A stretch of DNA of 36,121 bases from Hydrurus foetidus (taxonomy: Eukaryota): positions 1-36,121 of the forward strand of contig UYFQ01000765.1 of NCBI GenBank assembly GCA_900617105.1, given 5' to 3'. Shown one piece after another: positions 33,801 to 36,121 of the stretch. Within the stretch, counting starts at the first letter, position 1, and each line of letters starts with the position of its first letter. The position numbers and the translations under genes are program-made. The notes under the pieces were generated by a model. The model was not told the origin of the DNA. It did not search any database and saw only the letters and a program-made list of their open reading frames with translations.

Positions 33801-35775
33801 GCAAGTTTTAGATTTTCCCAAACCAGATATATCTAAACAACTTAAAAGTTTTTAGGTTTGGTAAACTATTTTCACGATTTTATCAAAAATGCTTCAACTG
33901 TACTATATCCGTTACACCAGTTGCTTGTTGATTATAATAAATCTAAAAAATAGTTTGGACACCAGAAGCTGACTCAGCATTTGAGTTAATTAAATCTGAA
34001 ACTGCAAAATGCACGACAATGCACTTTTTAAGTGACACCGATCCGATTTACTTGCACACTGATGCATCGGATTACGGTGTAGGTGCTTATCTTTTCAGTT
34101 AGTTGACGGAAAAGAGACGCCCGTAGCATTTGTTAGTAAATCGCTTAACAAAGCTCAACTTAGGTGGGCAGTTATACAGAAAGAAGCATATGCTATTTTC
34201 TTTGCGTGCACGTATTTAAAATCGCTATTACGTGATCGGATGTTTACTTTACGCACCGATCATCGTAACTTGTTATACATTAAAAATCATTCAAATCCAA
34301 TGATTGTTCGTTGGCTTATGGCTTTATCAGAATTCTCATTTAAAATTGAATTCATTTCTGGTGTTAACAATGACATAGCTGATTCGATGTCTCGACTCTG
34401 TCGTAACAACATGATTGACCATCCTCAAGAATATTCACTTGAGACAATCATGTCTGCCAATATAATTGAAAAATTCAAACTGACTCGTGAACAATACAAT
34501 ACTATAAGTAATGTACACAATTCACAAGTTGGTCACTTTGGTCTTGAGCGCACTTTAAAGCGTCTCAAAGACAACAACAAGGTGTGGCAGTTTCAACGAC
34601 AGCATGTCAGGTGGTTCATAGATCACTGTTCGTGTTGTCAAAAGATGAGCATGTTAAAGATCCCAATTCATGCTCACGGCTTTTCGACTTCTACTTACAC
34701 ACCTATGGAATGCCTTAACATAGACTTCGTAGGACCGTTTCCAGACGGGGGGTACGTACTCGTAATTATCGATACGTTCACAAGGTGGGTTGAGCTGTTT
34801 CATACTAAAGATGCTTCGGCACTTTCGACAGCTCAATGCCTTTTGCAACATTTCGGTCGTTTCGGCGCACCTCTCCAACTCCGTTCTGATAATGGGCCAC
34901 ACTTCATTGCCGAAGTTATCAAAGAGTTTCTAACTCTTATTGGCACTCAACACTGTTTAACGTTAGCTTATTCTAAAGAAGAAAACGCCATTGTTGAACG
35001 CATGAATAAAGAAGTTAATAGACACCTTCGTGCTTTAACTTACGATAACGTAACGCTTGATGATTATTCAACATCACTACCATTTGTGCAACGAATTTTA
35101 AATTCTAATCACAGTGATCGTTTAAAAATCTCTGCATCTCAATTGCTTTTCGGCAATATACTCAAATTAGACAGAGGAATATTTCTTCCTCCATCTGAGA
35201 GACTTGTTATTAATGACAAACCTTTGTCAGCACGTATGAGCAATCTATTAAAAATACAAGATAGTCTTCTCAAAGCTTCGGCCAAAGAACTTCTTCGTAC
35301 AGATTTACTTCATCAAAACCAATCTCAGATCTCTCAGCATATTGAGTACCCTCGCGACTCATATGTTCTTGTACATTATCGCGATGGATCACCTCCAACA
35401 CGTCTTCATACGCATTGGAGAGGTCCATTAAAAGTCGTCAGTGGCGAAAATTCTCGTTACACTCTATACGATTTGATCACACAAAAAACAGCGGTATATC
35501 ATGTATCTGCCATGAAACCGTTTCTGTATGATCCAGCGATTACAAATCCTGTTGATGTCGCGCGTCGTGACCATATGGAATACTTCGTAGAAGACATCGT
35601 TGATCACCGTGGACCTCATCAACGCTCCAAGATTGAGTTTTTAGTCAAATGGTTAAATTACCCTTCTGATAAAAACACTTGGGAGCCTTACTCCAATCTT
35701 CGTGATGTTGATAAACTTCATGATTATTTGCGTCAAAATAATTTGACAAAACTAATCAATAAACAACACCGTTGA
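30847..35775 (+). pseudogene. gag-pol: Gypsy gag-pol polyprotein with five 1-nt frameshifts
   Basis: CTGCGRLGHLVATC knuckle (in the frame of ORF 32105), LLDTGS, RMCIDYR, LDLTQGYHQ, LPFG, YIDD, TDASDYG, TDHRNL, ADSMSR, integrase HHCC, DFVGP, SDNG, VERMN and chromodomain (YFVEDIVDHR..FLVKW..NTWEP). Confidence 0.95.
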
Positions 35776-35955
35776 TTTCTTCACTCGAAACGTTATTCAT
35801 GAAGAATTTACCTCCTATTTTTTTATATTCTTTTTTTGGAGGAATTTAGTCAGTAAGAGTCTGACATCATCGTTTTCGAAGTTTCTCATTTTTTCAAAAT
35901 GTGTTTTGTTTCGTCTTTCTTTCCCACTCTCATACAAATATTAGTAGAGTTCATT

Positions 35956-35981
35956 GGAAAAGAAAAGGGAAGAAGGGGTAG
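35956..35981 (+). promoter_or_regulatory. Polypurine tract of the Gypsy element
   Basis: GGAAAAGAAAAGGGAAGAAGGGGTAG immediately before the 3' LTR TG. Confidence 0.9.
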
Positions 35982-36121
35982 TGTAGCCTCACTGTATCTG
36001 TACTGCATGTACGGATACACTGTGACTGTATACTATACCTGTACTGTAGATTCTAGAACGGACCCAAAGTCCGGTACAGTTTTCTTTTCTTTTCGTTTCC
36101 ACGCGAGTACACATCACTGTA
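35982..36121 (+). repeat. Gypsy 3' LTR (truncated by the window end)
   Basis: Direct repeat of 30491-30630. Confidence 0.95.

Larger units (their letters stand above)
30491..36121 (+). mobile_element. Ty3/Gypsy LTR retrotransposon with chromodomain (chromovirus), essentially full length
   Basis: LTR copies start at 30491 and 35982. Order gag - CCHC - protease - RT - RNase H - integrase - chromodomain, with a PPT before the 3' LTR. Confidence 0.96.

Overview
Eukaryotic, transposon-only window with no recognisable host gene and no rRNA, tRNA or CRISPR array. Short GT-AG introns in the DNA-transposon genes and a CoDi-type Copia integrase suggest a stramenopile/ochrophyte-like protist (inference). 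Left to right: (1) a minus-strand Ty1/Copia retrotransposon (1-5282) with a CCCH-finger Gag and an unexplained extra domain, inserted into (2) a tyrosine-recombinase (DIRS-order, Ngaro/PAT-like) retrotransposon (5283-11062) whose gag and pol are in frame across a TGA-CTA stop, ending in B-A-B split direct repeats; (3) a chain of PIF/Harbinger elements and MITEs stacked at shared TTA target sites and inside each other's TIRs (11063-21861); (4) a 5'-truncated CoDi-like Copia (21862-25846); (5) a Tc1/IS630-like element with TA TSD (25852-28231); (6) a hAT-like non-autonomous element with 8-bp TSD (28244-29211); (7) the probable 5' end of a second YR retroelement (29230-30460); (8) a Ty3/Gypsy chromovirus (30491-end). 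All calls come from manual reading of motifs, TIRs and TSDs; no database search was run.
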